Of a stretch of 64,000 bases of DNA, positions 12,681 through 28,010 are shown in pieces. Below the pieces are notes generated by a model. It did not search any database. It was not told the DNA's origin and saw nothing but the letters and a program-made list of their open reading frames with translations. The translations under genes and the position numbers were made by a program. Origin of the DNA: the human T2T-CHM13v2.0 reference genome, Homo sapiens; the NCBI RefSeq assembly GCF_009914755.1, contig NC_060926.1; one strand, written 5' to 3'. Each line of letters opens with the position of its first letter. The first letter of the stretch is position 1.

Positions 12681-13914
12681 AAGGAGGCAGTGACTCTACC
12701 ACCATGACAACCCCTAACTGATCACTATGCTGTTTCTCCTCCTCTTTCTCACCTGATTGTTGTCTTAATAGAGAAGGTATGAAAACAAAAATAGATTACA
12801 TGAAGAAAGAAAATCAGCAGCCAAGAAAGACCTGAAAGATGATTTAAGTACAATGTTGTAATATTTCTAAGTTATCTCTATACAGAAAGACCACTGTCAA
12901 CAATTTCTATCATCAGTAGGCAGGTCATAAATTCACCTTTTCATAATCACTGGGCATGGTGGCTGATTCACTCCATGACAAGTCCCACAGACACACTCTA
13001 AAGGGAATCCCTAGATATAACTACTTCAGCAGCCCCTGTCTTGCCCTCTGTGTTACCTATGTTTTTCTTCCACTCTCAAAACACTCCTAGTCAAGTATTC
13101 AGCCTTGACTTTAAACACAGAGGAAAGAAAAGGATAGATCTAATTAGCACATTTCAAAGTGCCAGGAACTGTGTTTAATTAAAAAACAAAATTTTATATA
13201 TAACACTAAATATATGAATTGTACCAAGGGCTAAAATGAGAATCTTTTGCTCTTAAAAAGGGGACAAAATAGACATTCCAAACATGTAAACAAAAATATA
13301 TGACAGTACACTATTACTTTTCGAAAATAAATATTAGGGATAAGCAGCAGCTGGAGCTGTTTTGAAAGGTGGGATCTGTGTGCTTAATGGTACCCCTGCC
13401 CCCACAAAAATCCACATTCTGAAAAAGTACCATAAAATATGCACATGCAATAAGATACTATTCGGCCATCCTTAAAAATGATGAGAAGCCTTTAAAATGG
13501 TACTTGTCTGTAACACATTAATGAGTGAAGGAAAAAACAGGTATCACTGTTAAATTATGTAACACACACACACAACAGATATATCTGGAATAGTGTTCAC
13601 CAATACAATAATGATTGTTACCCCTTGATGGAAGTAGAGATAATTCTCTACATTGCTCTTTGGATTATTCTGTACTGTTAAAAGTGCTTACAGGAGTAGA
13701 TAGTTCCACAAAAACAATAAAAATATTCTTAATTTGTAAGTGTAGAGGTATAAAAACATACATTCTGATTTCATCAAAAAAGTATTGCTTTTTAAAAAAA
13801 GCTAAGTACCCTCACCATATAGATGCTGTAAGGAATTTTAACATGGTTCTGCAGGAAAGGCATTTTGTTAATATAAATAAAAGATATATTAGAATCCATA
13901 GGTTCTGGTTAACA

Positions 13915-14040
13915 CAGAATATATTAATTGAGTCACTCAATGTATGAGTACCATATGCTAGGCACACTCTTATGTCTGAGGATACATCAGTAAATAAATA
14001 CCCAAACATGTCCTGCACCCATGGAGCTTACATGTTAGCC
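13915..14040 (-). mobile_element. L2 3' end fragment
   Basis: GAGTACCATATGCTAGGCAC..CATGGAGCTTACA. Confidence 0.55.
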
Positions 14041-14766
14041 AATATTTACTAATCCTTAAATTTTAAAAAGTGTGCAGCCCAATAGCTAAAAACATACATA
14101 GCAATGTTATAGCAAAAAGTTAAAATATACCAAGAAATTAGCTCTTCAGAAGGGTTGTACTAATTCATACACAGTAATGAGGGTATCTAAAGCACCATAT
14201 AATCATCATAATTAAATATCATTTAAACAGTTTAAAATTCAGTTCAAACGTTATCAGGCCATGTTCTCTTCCTATTGTTTTCTATGTGTGTTTTATCTTT
14301 TAAATGGTTAGCTCTGCTTTGGCATTTTCTGTTGTTTTTATTGCTCTCTGTTCCTGTTTTTACGACTATCACATTGCTTTGTAATATGTTTAATTTCAAT
14401 TAGAACTCAACTTTTACATAAGTGAGTTCATTATAACATGTTGTGGTAACAAAGAAGACTAAAAAACAAGTAGGTTACAGCAGAGCAACTAAAAGCAGAA
14501 AAAACTGTGAAATCCTTTGGATTAGGTGAAAGCAATTTCACCGCAATGAAAGACTAATGTGACAAGTTCTGACCAAGTCTGTATACAGCTAAGTCATCAA
14601 GCATTAATCAGAAATTTCCCGTTAATCCTAAGTAAAAGTTAACTCTCAACTCAGTCTCTGAATATGAGTTTCAGAAATAACTTGGTCAATTTTATTCAGT
14701 TTATATTTTATTTTTTTCTATGTACAAGAGTAACTTATGATAACAATTTATGTCTAGATAATTCAA

Positions 14767-15137
<371 letters not shown>

Positions 15138-15189
15138 TTAAAGTTACCCTTAAAAAGGTGTGTCTTAAAATGGGTAACATCCTAGATTA

Positions 15190-15360
15190 ACTGAAATACA
15201 ATAATATATTTAGCCTCCACAATAATCCTGTAAGTATTATCATCATCATTTTTACAGGTAGAAAAACTGAAAGTAAATAATTCACCCAAGAGCATAAAAC
15301 TAGCAAAATATCCAAATTTATGTGGAAACCAGATATCTGGCTCTGCTGTGCGATACTGCC
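15190..15360 (-). mobile_element. MIR
   Basis: CATTTTTACAGGTAGAAAAACTGAA core. Confidence 0.6.
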
Positions 15361-16859
15361 CCTTCAAAAAGTCTACTGAATATTTAAGTAATTATCCACT
15401 ATACCTACCTTCTAATTTACTTGAGCACTGCTATATGAGATTATTTTGAGCAGAATGAATGACAGAACCGTATTATAATTTCCAAACTAGGCTGGCAGCA
15501 TTTGTCAGTCCAGTTGTTTGCTGAGTGGAGTGGAAGAGAGAAAAAGAATTTAGAGGCTGGTAGAGGCCTCATGGCCCCACCTCATACCTCTCATTACCTT
15601 AATCTACAGCACCTTGTTACATGGAAACCATGACTAAGGACAAGTCGGTAATAATCTTCCAACTTACATTTATACAACATGTTTGGTGCCTTTGTAAGAA
15701 TCAACCAAGGAAACATCTTTTTTATGTTTTGGACAGACTATAAAGGGATAGTCTGAAAAAGCACAGATCATAAAATAACAACCTATAAATTTTCTATATA
15801 AAGGATACAGCTGTATTGCAGCAAATAAATCTCTTCAAACACAAATATCTAATTTGACTTGTTTTGTTTACGTTAATGAGGCAACAATTTACAAACTGCC
15901 AAAACATGTACTGTTTTGGTTTGTACAAGTAAAAAAAATTATTTAAATCTCATTTTTCCCAGAGAGAAATGACAGATTTGAGCTTTCTCAGGGTGAGCTC
16001 CTAAGAACGAATAAGGCTAAAAAAAAAAAAAAAAAAACTCACCATTTTTCTCTAGCAGAATTTCTAGCAAAGTATATTGAGAAAGCCTAGAAAATTGGTA
16101 GGTAAGACAAAAAGCTGTAACAAAACTTAAAGCTATTCTAGGAGTGACTATAAGCTATAATTTTTTAATCAAATCATATTTATAGCTCTACAAAGGTTAA
16201 ACAAGATAGCTCCTGAAGGAGGGCACTAAAAAAGAAAACAAAATGTTTAGTTTTTATAGATAAGTAAAAATTTCAGTTATTCCCAGAAAAGACAAACAGT
16301 ACAACTTTATAACCCTCATCGTACTCCTGTACTCAGGGGTCCTAAACTATACAACATGGGGACCCCACTGGCCTCACTACCACCTCACTTCAGACCCACA
16401 CATTTCAAACTAAACCTTGGCCGCCATTGGTCCAGGGAAACAAAAGCCTTAACTAAAGTAAAGAAACAAAAAGTTCATCTGGCCTGTTAACGCTTACAAG
16501 GACCCAGGTGCTGGCCACTTAAGTAGTTTACAAGAGTATCTTTGATTAAGCATGATTTTCATTGTGTCTCCTGTGTCCTCCAAAGGTGATTATTCCATTC
16601 ATACTCTTTCATTTCCTTAAATATATTCAACATTCTTACATTATATTCTTTACTCAGTAATTCCGACAACTGCAGTGTTTGGTGGTTCAAAAGAAAATTT
16701 TGTCCCTTCTTCTAACTCAGGCACATACATTATGTGATTTTTTAAAAATTTTTGTTTATTTTTCCTGGAATTTTAGTTTCAAGAAATCTTTGATGCTTGT
16801 TAAATGTGTTGACTTTCAGAGAAGGTGGCATGTGTCTCTGCTATACAGTAATGGAGCCT

Positions 16860-17070
16860 TCTTCTAAGTACTCGCATATGTTAACTCATTTAATCCTTGC
16901 AACAACCTTATAAGGTTACTATTTATTATTATTCCCATTTTACATATGAGGAAAACAAGGCACAGAAGGGTTAAGTAACCAAACCAAGACCAAAAAGCTA
17001 ATAAGTATTGGAATTATGATTCAAACTCAGGCAGATCAGACAGAAAAGTGATGATCTTAACCACTGCCCT
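16860..17070 (-). mobile_element. MIR
   Basis: CCCATTTTACATATGAGGAAAACAAGGCACAGAAGGGTTAAGTAAC. Confidence 0.8.
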
Positions 17071-17495
17071 GTACAAGTTCTTTATCCTTAGAAAAAATAC
17101 ATTTAAAGCAAGAGACACTAACAGGACAAAAGTAAAAAAATAGAAAATTACATCCCAGGCAATTATAATACTACTTAAAAAGACAGATGTTCCAGATGTC
17201 AGCCAAATAGAGTCCAACAAGCTGTCAGCATGAGCAGCACAAAAACAGCAGCAGGGTACCTGGCCTCAATGGTACTTTTGTGCTGTTACTGGGTCAAGTC
17301 AAGCCCATGTCTGCAGGAGCACATATGCTAAAGCTATCAATCTGGTTCTAGTGAGGATGATCCAGAAGAGACCCTCCTCCAAAGCCCCATGGCCAGTCCA
17401 GGCAGTAGTGTGAGAATATGGATTAGCACCTGCTGACACTGCCACAGGCTGTTTGCTTTAGGCATTTCTGGTGACAGTTACAAGATCCCTGAATT

Positions 17496-18228
17496 TGCTA
17501 CAGACAGGAGACAGGGAAATACTGGGGAGAAGAGGGCAGTTCCCCGGCAAAGGCCCCACCCTCAAACCTGGATATCCATGGCCCTAGTGAGATACAGGCA
17601 TTCTTGTTTTCGTGCCCAAAAAGTTGCCTTTTGGCCCACCATGCCTTCCTATCCTGAACCCATAAAAACCCTGAACCCCAGGCTCCAGGAGCAGATGAAG
17701 AGACAAGCAAATGGCAGAATGGCGCAGCAGAGAAAGAGGAGAGAAGGAGCATCTGAACACCAAGATGAGTTTGGCTGGGGGTGGTCGGAGAGAAGAATCA
17801 GCCACTGTACAGCCAAACTCCAGGGGAAGATCATCTTCCCACTATATCCCCTTGTCCAGCTCCCATCCATCTGGCTGAAAGCCACCTCCACCACTCAGTA
17901 AAACCCCCACATTCACACTCTTCAAGTCCATGTGTAACCCAATTCTTCCAGGATGTTGGACAACAGCTTGGGATACAGAAAGCTATTGCAATGGCCCTCT
18001 GCCCTTGCAAAAAGGCAGAGGGTCCTCTGAGCTGGTTAACACTTAAGCCATCCATGGACGTCAAGGCTAAAAGAACACACTGTAACATATGTCCACTTGG
18101 GCTCCTGCAACTGTCTGTCCGCATGCTCCCCCTCCCATAAGAGGTTTGAACAGCGGCAGCAACTAAACAGACAAGCCACACCCCTGTCGCACGTCCTGCA
18201 AGGGGAGTCAGGGAAGTCTCCCGTTCCA
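17496..18228 (+). mobile_element. ERV1 solo LTR, MER50-like (733 bp)
   Basis: TG...CA termini, imperfect 4-bp TSD AATT/AATC, start TGCTACAGACAGGAGACAGGGAAATACTGG..TTCCCCGGCAAAGGCCCCACCCTCAA. Confidence 0.8.
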
Positions 18229-18294
18229 AATCCACTACCTAGATGACACCCAATGACTGCAGGGAGCTAGAAACACAGAGGGGGAAAGTGCCAG

Positions 18295-19189
<895 letters not shown>

Positions 19190-19247
19190 TAGATTGAGCA
19201 TCCCAAATCCAAAAATCTAAAATAAAAAAATGCTCCAAAATCTGAAA

Positions 19248-19539
19248 TTTTTTTTTTTTGACAGAGGGTCTCATTCTGTTGCCCAGGCTAGAGCAGTGGC
19301 ATGCACTGCAACCTCGACCTCCCAGGGTCAAGTGATCCTCCTAGCTCAGCCTCCCAAGTAGCTGTAGCTGGGACTACAGGTATGCACCACCACACCAGGC
19401 TAATTTTTTTATTTTTAGTAGAGATGGAGTTTACCATATTGTGAGAGCTAATCTAGAGCTCCTGGGCTCAAGCAATCCTCCTGTCTCAGCCTTCCAAAGT
19501 GCTGGGATTATGGGCATGAGCCATGCATGGTGCCTGGCC
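19248..19539 (-). mobile_element. AluJ-like nested in Tigger4a
   Basis: Reverse Alu; TSD CAAAATCTGA. Confidence 0.9.
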
Positions 19540-19631
19540 CAAAATCTGAGCACAAACATGATACTCAAAGGAAAGCTCACTGGAGCATTTTGGATTAGGG
19601 ATGCTCAACTGTTAAGTATATAATGCAAATA

Positions 19632-20052
19632 CAGTTGACCCTTGAACAACATGGGTTTGAATCATACTAAAATTTTCCTCCATTTCTGCCATCCCTGAGA
19701 TACCAAGACCAACTCCTCCTCTTCCTTTTTCTCTTCAGCCTACTCAAATAAAGATGATAAGGATGAAGACCTTTATGATGATCCACTTCCACTCAATCAA
19801 TAATAAGTATATTTTCTCTTTCTTACAATTTTCTTAACATTTTCTTTTCTCTGGCTTACTTTATTGTAACAATATCGAATACAAGACGTATAACATACAG
19901 AACATGTGTTAATCAACTGTTTATGTTATCAATAATGCTTCCAGTCAACAGTAAGCTATTACTAGTTTTAGGGAGTCAAAAGTTATACACAAATTTCTGA
20001 CTACACAGAGGGGGTCAACATCCCAACCTCCACATTGTTCAAGGGTCAGATG
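19632..20052 (+). mobile_element. Tigger2a-like DNA transposon
   Basis: TIRs CAGTTGACCCTTGAACAA / TTGTTCAAGGGTCAGATG; TA target duplication on both sides. Confidence 0.88.
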
Positions 20053-20124
20053 TATTCTAAAATCTGAAATCTTAAAAAAACTTCTGGTCCCAAGCATGTG
20101 ATATAAAGGATACTCAACATGTGT

Positions 20125-23100
20125 ATGAAACAGAATAATTAATGAGTCAAAAAAGAAATGAAAAAGGACATTAGAAAATATACTTTGAGATAAATAAAAA
20201 TGAAAACACAACATACCAAAACTTAAGAAATAAAACTAAAGGATATAGCTAAGAACTATAGTTATAAATGCCCATATTAAAAAAAGAAGAAACATCTTAA
20301 ATCAATAATCCAACCTTCCACCCAAAACGCTGGAAAAAAAAAAAAAAAAAGCAAACTAAACCTAAAGTAGGCAGAAGGAAGGAAGTAATAAAGATTACAG
20401 CAGAACTTAATAAAACAAAGAAGAGAAAAATAATAAAGAAATGAACTCCAAAGTTGAACTCAAAAGTTGGTTCTTAGAACATATTAACAAAATTGACAAA
20501 CCATTAGCTAGACTGACCAAGAAAAAGAAAGAAAGAAAGACTTAAATTACTAAAACTAGAAATGAACAGGGGACATTATTACTGACCTTAGAGAATTAAA
20601 AATTATTATAAGAACAACTGTGTATGCCAATATATTAGATAACAAAGATGCAACTGACAAATTCCTGGAAAGACACAAACTACCAAAAATGACTCAAAAA
20701 GAAATAGACAATCTGAATAGACCAATAACAAATAAGGATACTGAATTTGTAATTAAAAAAAAAATACCCACAATCCAGGTGGTTTTAAAACTGAATTCTA
20801 CCAAACATTTAAAAAAAGAATTAATATCAATTCACAAACTCTTCCAAAAAACAGGAGGGGAGAACACTTCCTAATTCATTCTAAAAAGCCAACATTACCC
20901 TAATATCAAAATCAAAAAAAGACACCACAGGAAAAATACCAAATAATATCTCTTATGAATATGAATGCAAAAATTCTTAACAAAATACTAGCAAACCAAA
21001 TCCAACAACACCATCACCAAGTGGGATTTATCCCAAAAATGCAAGACTGATTCAACATCCAAAAATCAATTAATACAGTACATACAATCATGTCAACAAA
21101 ATTAAAAACAAAATTCATATGATCGCAGAAACAAAAAAAGGAGTTTGACAGAAGGGAGTATCTTTTCATGATAGAAATACTCAACAAACTAGAATTAGAA
21201 GGGAAATTCCTTGATCAGGTAAAAAGCATGTAGGAAAAACCCACAGTCAACAACACAATTAATGATGAAAGACTGGATGTTTCCCCTAAAACAGGAACAA
21301 GATGAGAATGTCTGCTCTTGCCACTTCTATTCAACACTGCATTGAAGCTTCTAGCTATGGTAATTAGGCAAGAAAAAGAAATAAAAGACAAATACCCATA
21401 GTAGAAAGGAAGAAGATGATCTCTATTCACAGATAACATTATTTTGCATATAGAAAATCCTAAGAAATCCACTAAAAACTGTTAGCACTAATAAACATGT
21501 TCAACAAGTTTGCAAGATAAAATATCAATTATAAAAACCGACTATTTCTACATCCTTGCAAGAAACAATTAAAAAAATGAAATAAGAAAATTCCATTTAC
21601 AACAGCATCAAGAACAACAAAATATTTAGGAATAAAGTTAACAAAAGAAGTATCGAACTTATACTCTGAAAGCTACAGAACATTGTTGAAAGAAATTAAG
21701 GAAGATCTAAATAAGTGGAAAGACATCAAATGCTTATGGATTTAAAGACTTAAGATTGTAAAAAGGACAATAATCCCCAAACTGATCTACTCATTCAATG
21801 CAAAGGCCATCAGATTTCCAGTTGATTTCTTTGGAGAAATTGACAAGCTGATTCTAAAATTCAAGTGGAATTGAAGGGGATGCTGAATAACCAAAACAAT
21901 CTGAGAAAAAACAAAGTAGAAGACTCATATTTTCCAATTTCAAAACTGACTATGAAACAATAAAAATCAAGACAGTGTGGTTATGGCACAAGGATAGACT
22001 TATAGATCAATGAAACAGGACTGAGAGTTTACAAATAAACACACATGTCTACGGTCAACTGATTAGGACAGGGTTCTAAGATCATTCAATGGGTAAAGAA
22101 CAGTCTTTTCAACAAATGTCGGTAGGACTACTAGATAGCCACAGGCAAAAAAAATGAATTTGAACCCTTACTTTACACCATGTACAAAAATTAACTCAAA
22201 ATCTGTCAATAACTAAATGGATGTAGGCACTAAAACTATTAAACTCTTAGAAGAAAACATAGGAGCTCATCTTTATGACGGTGGATTTGGCAAAGTGTTC
22301 TTACATATGGCACCAAAAATCTGAACAACAAAGGAAAAAATAGAAAAGTTGGACTTCAAAATTTAAAACTTTTGTGCTTCAAATGTAATCAACAAAAATG
22401 TAAAACGACAACCTACAGAATGGCATAAAATATCTGCAAATCATACACTTGGATAAGGGACTTGTATCCAGAACTATAAAGAACTCTTACAACTCAGTAA
22501 TGAAAAGACAAATTATCTAAATAAAAAATAGTAACAGTTTCAGTTATAGGAAGAATAAGTTTAAGCGATCTACTGTACAACATGGTGACTATAGTTAATA
22601 ACAATATATTGTATTCTTAAAAAAATGTTGAGAGTGGATATAAAGTGTTCTTACTATAAAAATATGTGGGGTAATGCAGATAGACGTTAATTAGCTCCAT
22701 TTAGTCATTACACAATGTATATGTACTTCAAAACATCATGTTGTACATGATACCTATGATTTTTACTATCAATTTGAAGAAAATATTAACATTTTTTAAA
22801 GAATTAAAACCACCAATTAAACATACTATCATGTGTTTTATTAAGTTCTAAAAATAAATGAGCAAAGAATATGAATAGACATTGATCCAAGAAATACATA
22901 CAAATTGCCAATAAGCATATGAAGAAGTGCTCAATATCATTAGTCATCAGGAAAATCCAAATCAAAAACCACAATGATATACTACTTCATACCCATTAAG
23001 ATGGTTAAACCCAAAAAGTCAGGTAACCATGGCAGGTTGTAGATAAATCAGAACCCTCATACACTGCTGGTGGGAATGCAGAAGAGTGCCACCACTTTGG

Positions 23101-23705
23101 AAAACAGTCTGCAGTTCCCCAAACAATCACAGAGTTACCACAATACTTCTACTTTTAGGTGTATACCTAAGAGAAATGAGCCCATATGTCCACACCAAAA
23201 CTTGTACACGAATGTTTACAGCAGCATTATTCATAACAGCCAAAGAGTGGAAATAACTCAATGTCAATCGACTAATAAATGGATAAACAAAATGTTGTAT
23301 ATCCATATAATGGAATATTATTCGGCCATAAAAAGGAATGAAGTTCTGATACATGCTATGACATGAATGAACCTCGAAAACATGCTAACGGAAAGAAGTG
23401 AATTACAAAACACCACATAATATGACTCCATTCATAAGAAATATTCAGGACAGGGAAATCTATCTATAGAGACAAAGTAGATTAGTGGTTGCTTAGGGCT
23501 GGAGTAGGGAAGGTGAGAATGCGGTGATGGGAGAGAAGGGAGTGAGAGCTAAAGTGTACAGGTTTTTGAGATGAAAAAGTTTTAAAATTAGTAGTGATAG
23601 CTGCACATCTGTGAATATATTAAAAATCGCTGAATTATATACTTCAAATAGGTAAATTATATGGTGTGTGAATATCTCAGTAAAACTGTTAAACAAAATA
23701 AATGA
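20125..23705 (+). mobile_element. Degenerate L1M (L1MB-like) ORF2 and 3' UTR, antisense to SRBD1
   Basis: ORF2 remnants (YANILDN..DKFLERHKLPKMTQKEIDNLNRPIT), many stops and frameshifts, L1MB-type 3' end. Confidence 0.9.
22530..22790 (+). mobile_element. L1MA-like 3' end nested inside the larger L1
   Basis: GATCTACTGTACAACATGGTGACTATAGTTAATAACAATATATTGTA interrupts ORF2, which resumes at about 22850. Confidence 0.75.
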
Positions 23706-24639
23706 ATAAAGACTTCCAAAAACAATTAAAAAAATCAGAAATCCAAATGTCAATCAACTCAAAAATAGAAAAATATTGTATAATTATGTAATGCATCACT
23801 GAAAATGAATCACAGTTAAATATATCAAAATGAATGAATATAAAATAATCTTAAGGAAGAAAAATCAAGTTATAGAAGAGTAGGATTCATGTAAAGGAAA
23901 CATGCAAAATAGCAATGGAATTATTAACACAAAACTCAAGAGCATGAATAGCTACGGAGGGGAAGACAAGAGATGTGAAAAAGAAGGGACAGCCAGGGAC
24001 TTCAAAAGTACTGATAACGTTACATGTCTTAAGCTGAGTGCGATCTGGGAACACAGATCATTTAATCATTTTAAGTTGTTTCCATAGTTTTTAGAAATGT
24101 TTTTTAAAATGTAGCTTTAATCTGAAAAGCATACCTTTTATTTTTTATATCTTCCATAGTTCTTATGGGAGTGCCTTATTCACAGAAGGTTCTTACATAT
24201 AAATATGAATATATATACATACTCTCCACATACATTATGTGTGGGGGAGGGGGGCCAGCAAGTTTTAAATCAATTCAAATTTCTGAGTGCCAACATGGGC
24301 AAATCAGTGAACTATCTTCCAAAGGGATGAACAATGATGATTCTTCCTACCCCAGTCATAAATGAATTTCCGAAAAAAGTTACATAAATCGGTACAGTAC
24401 AAAGGCGGCTATATATTAAATGTTATGGAAGTACACAGAAAATTTTAGGAGAGCACAGATGAGGGTGAGATTAATTCTAACCTGAGATAAATTAGAGAAT
24501 CTCATGGAGAATGTATCTGAGTCAGGCCCTGAGGGATAGGTAAGATTTTGATAGGCAGAGGATGAGGAAAGGGTATACCAAGGGAAGAAAACAGGATGAG
24601 CAAAAATAATAATTATTATTACACATTTTGAAGTTATAA

Positions 24640-24875
24640 AAATAACTGCTAATATTTACTGATTGTATACTATGTGCCAAGCACCATTCTAAGTATTTTT
24701 CAATGTACTATTCAATTTAATCTTCAAGAAAACCCTACGAAGTAGATACTATTATTATCCCCACTTCAGAGATGAAGAGACACAGGGAGATTAAGTAACT
24801 TAAGCACAGTCACCATGGTAGTAAAGGATGAAGCTATAATTTGAACCTGGTTCCATAGCCTATGCTCTTAACTAC
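24640..24875 (-). mobile_element. MIR
   Basis: TACTATGTGCCAAGCAC..ATTATTATCCCCACTTCAGAGATGAAGAG. Confidence 0.75.
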
Positions 24876-25309
24876 AAAAGGGTAGAAAACTTCCACCTAA
24901 CACATTCAAAGAACTAAATTCCAACTTACCTTGTTTATAGGAATCATTGCTATCTGAGAATACATGGTATGAAAGGAAAGGGCACTTAAATGGAAGCCAC
25001 TGAAAACAGGAGCCAAAATTTCATTGTAAATAATAGGAGCAGATCAGGAGAGATTTAGCTGAGGCAATTTTGAATAATAAAACAATGTTGAAAATGGATT
25101 TGTTTTAGCTTATATATTTAATAAAATATAGGATGTAACTGTAACTCTGGGCTAATTCTTATAATGAATAAACTGTTGATTACATAATTCTTTAAACTGT
25201 ATGATTCCTTAATAAATGGCATCACAATGGCATAATGTAAAAATAAATACGGAGACCCAGATTATAAATGCTTGAATGATGAACACCATGTGTTGGGTTA
25301 AGAAGCGAG

Positions 25310-25985
25310 TATCAAGAGACTATACATGAAAAGTAGGTTGAGGCCAGCTCATGAAAGCCTTAACATCTCAAAAGAAGAATGGTAAACAAGAAGAACTGGA
25401 AGGAAGAAATAGGAGACACATTTCAGAGACAGAATCAACAGGACTTCATGGTAGTTTGAATGGGGTATATGACAGAATAAGAAATCAAAGAGTACAAACA
25501 TTGTGCCCAAGAGAATTAACATCAGTAAAGGAGGGACTTATAAAAGAATTTAAAAAACACATAAAAAATAGGTTTGGGAGCCAAAGCAAAAAGCTAAATT
25601 TGGTTGAAACTGAGGTACCAGAGGGGTACTCTAGAGACTAGCATAAGCCACTGAATCTGAGTCCATGTCTCTGGTGAGAACTTGAAACTATGTAGACTTA
25701 GAACCCACAAGATGCAAAAGATGAAGCTCCAGAAGTGGATGAAGAGATTATCAAGGAAAAGAAGATATACAGAGAAGACAAAGCGGGTGAGGAAAATATC
25801 TGGAGTGTTGTCTAAGTTTAAGAGTGGGGAAGAGGTACAAGAATGCCTAGAAAAAATGATTAACAGGCTTAGAAGTACAATTACCAAAAGCAGGAGAGAA
25901 AAACAGCAGTGTACGAAACTGAAAAGGAATCTAGATAAGCTACAGCTTAGAAGAGGCTGCTGGGTTAAACATAAAATGGTCAGTG
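25310..25985 (-). mobile_element. L2 fragments
   Basis: Purine-rich degenerate L2-like sequence (GAGACAGAATCAACAGGACTT); boundaries approximate. Confidence 0.5.
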
Positions 25986-27889
25986 GATATGCTTTTACAA
26001 ATCTTTGACTCTACCATGCCAAGCACTGTACAGATAGAAGTGCTCAAAAAATGTGTTGTGTGAATGAGTAAATAAATTTTGATAGTCAAAGTGAAAGAAT
26101 CATCCAATATAACCAAAACATTCCTGAATATGTTAGTGAAAATGTCAATAATTAACAGTACTATAGTAAGATCTCAGGCTTAACTGTAGAGAGGATTTTA
26201 AAAGAAGTATTTCCCTTCTATATAATGACAAAAAAGGATTCTGTGCATGCACTAGATTTTGGAGACAAATATCCCCCAAGATATTAAATTCAATAAGACA
26301 GATACATTTTACATTTTCCCAGTAAGCAGAAACCTGTCACTTCTCACTAAGAAAATGTAGTCAGAAGGAAGATGGGGAAAAAGCAGTAAAAAAATGAAGA
26401 GTAGAAACAAATCAAACCTGAAAGAACTAAGATATTTCAAAGGCCCAATATGTTACTGACATATTCTTAGGTCTGCTTTCTTTATCCACTTCTTATACTT
26501 CCCTACCAAAAACCTTGAATGAGAAAAATGTCAAGTCCAAAATCCGAAAATTTGAACAGGGGTCCCTAACACCCTTCCAGTCTTTCTGCACCCAATAAAA
26601 ATTTTATTAAAATAGAAAAAAAATCTGATTTCATGGTAGAAATTTTAATTATTACTTTTCTCACCAAAGTCTAAACCATCTAAAAGCAGTATTTCCTATT
26701 TACAACCAGATACAGAGTCTCCCAAATGGGTTGAGTTAGGGATTCCCCAAATAGGAGAGAAGAGAAGAAAGAAAATAGGTATCTGGGTTCCTCTTGTATA
26801 ATCAGTGAATTTTAACTCAAATTAAGCCTAGAACCTTGAAGACAAGGAAATCATTAAATGCTAGAAATTACAGCATACAAGAATAGAAAGACTTCCTCAA
26901 AGCATTTCTCCTTATGAAAGACAGTACAAAGGCTTCTTTGCATCTGTATCCCTCAAATTTTTGGTGATACCAAAATCTGAATTCTGAGCCAGAAATATTC
27001 CTAATATATTGCTGGACATAACTTAAAATAGGAAGTAGAATATGACAATGGCAATGATGGCAGCAGCATGGTTTAAACAATGGAACTATCTAAATTCAAA
27101 CCAGGAATTAGAAGAGTGGCCTACCAAACTTCTTATGTAGTCCTAGATTGAGGAAAACCATTATGTTGAAAGGAAAAAGAAAAATGCTTCAAAAGGTAGT
27201 GGGAATTTCAGGTAAATGGACTAATTGAGTAAACAGAAGAATCAGTCAAAAATATACCCATTAACTGCTAACCTGATGACTCATTTGCAAGCTCAAGTTG
27301 CTTATCACTAAGTAATATCTTACGATCCTTGACTAGGTGGACTCTTATTAATCAAGCTTTGGACTAGCCTGTAATTAATATATTTGAATGACAACACAAC
27401 ACTAAGGCCAATTCATGTGCTATAACAATGCTGATCCTAAATTACGTAGGATACACAAAACCTCAGAATATTTAAAAAAGAAAAAAGCAACAGCAGCAGC
27501 ATGAATCAAAAGTCAATCAAAGGACTCCACAACTGTCCACCTCAGGAAAGTTAAAGTGCTTACAAAATAAGATCTTAACTTTCTAAGCAATATCATGCTT
27601 CACTGTCTCCTGTCTATGACTATGATGGGTCATATCAAATTATTAAAGACACACATCCTATATATGAAAGAAGATGCTATTAACTGTGAAGGGGAGCAGG
27701 ACAGAGGTTGAAAGGAAATGTGGCATGAATAGAAAGGTATAGCACTTCCAACCTTTTTTCTACTACCCAGTTCCTAGTATCAGTCTCTAAAGCCCAGAGG
27801 TCACTCTTCCAAATACAGGGGCTGAACCATATATGGTATATGGCAATGACAGTAAGATGTTCTACTTTGCCTATGTCAACAAAGGGGCA

Positions 27890-28010
27890 AGCTGGACATG
27901 GTGGAGCACATCTATAATCCCAGATACTCACAAAAGGCTGAGCCTAAGAGTTCGAGATCAGCCTGGGCAACACAGTGAGACCCTGTCTCAAAAACAAAAA
28001 CAAAACAAAG
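27890..28010 (+). mobile_element. Alu monomer (FLAM-like)
   Basis: Single arm GAGTTCGAGATCAGCCTGGGCAACACAGTGAGACCCTGTCTC plus A-rich tail. Confidence 0.8.

Larger units (their letters stand above)
19190..20121 (+). mobile_element. Tigger4a/MER46-like MITE split by an Alu and a Tigger2a-like element
   Basis: Termini TAGATTGAGCATCCC ... GGATACTCAACATG; internal TTGGATTAGGGATGCTCAAC and CTTCTGGTCCCAAGCAT. Confidence 0.8.

Noticed and set aside
17498-18235. Cluster of overlapping ORFs up to 134 aa
   Set aside because: All lie within the GC-rich MER50-like LTR; no protein motif
20620-20874. L1 ORF2-like ORF (also 61533..61871)
   Set aside because: Short remnants of heavily mutated L1; not functional
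24922-24935. Isolated perfect donors AAG|GTAAGT (also GAG|GTAAGT near 58672)
   Set aside because: I did not identify a convincing paired acceptor; such motifs occur by chance in long introns
25682-26008. Lys/Arg-rich 108-aa ORF
   Set aside because: Purine-rich antisense L2-like sequence; no ATG start or splice support
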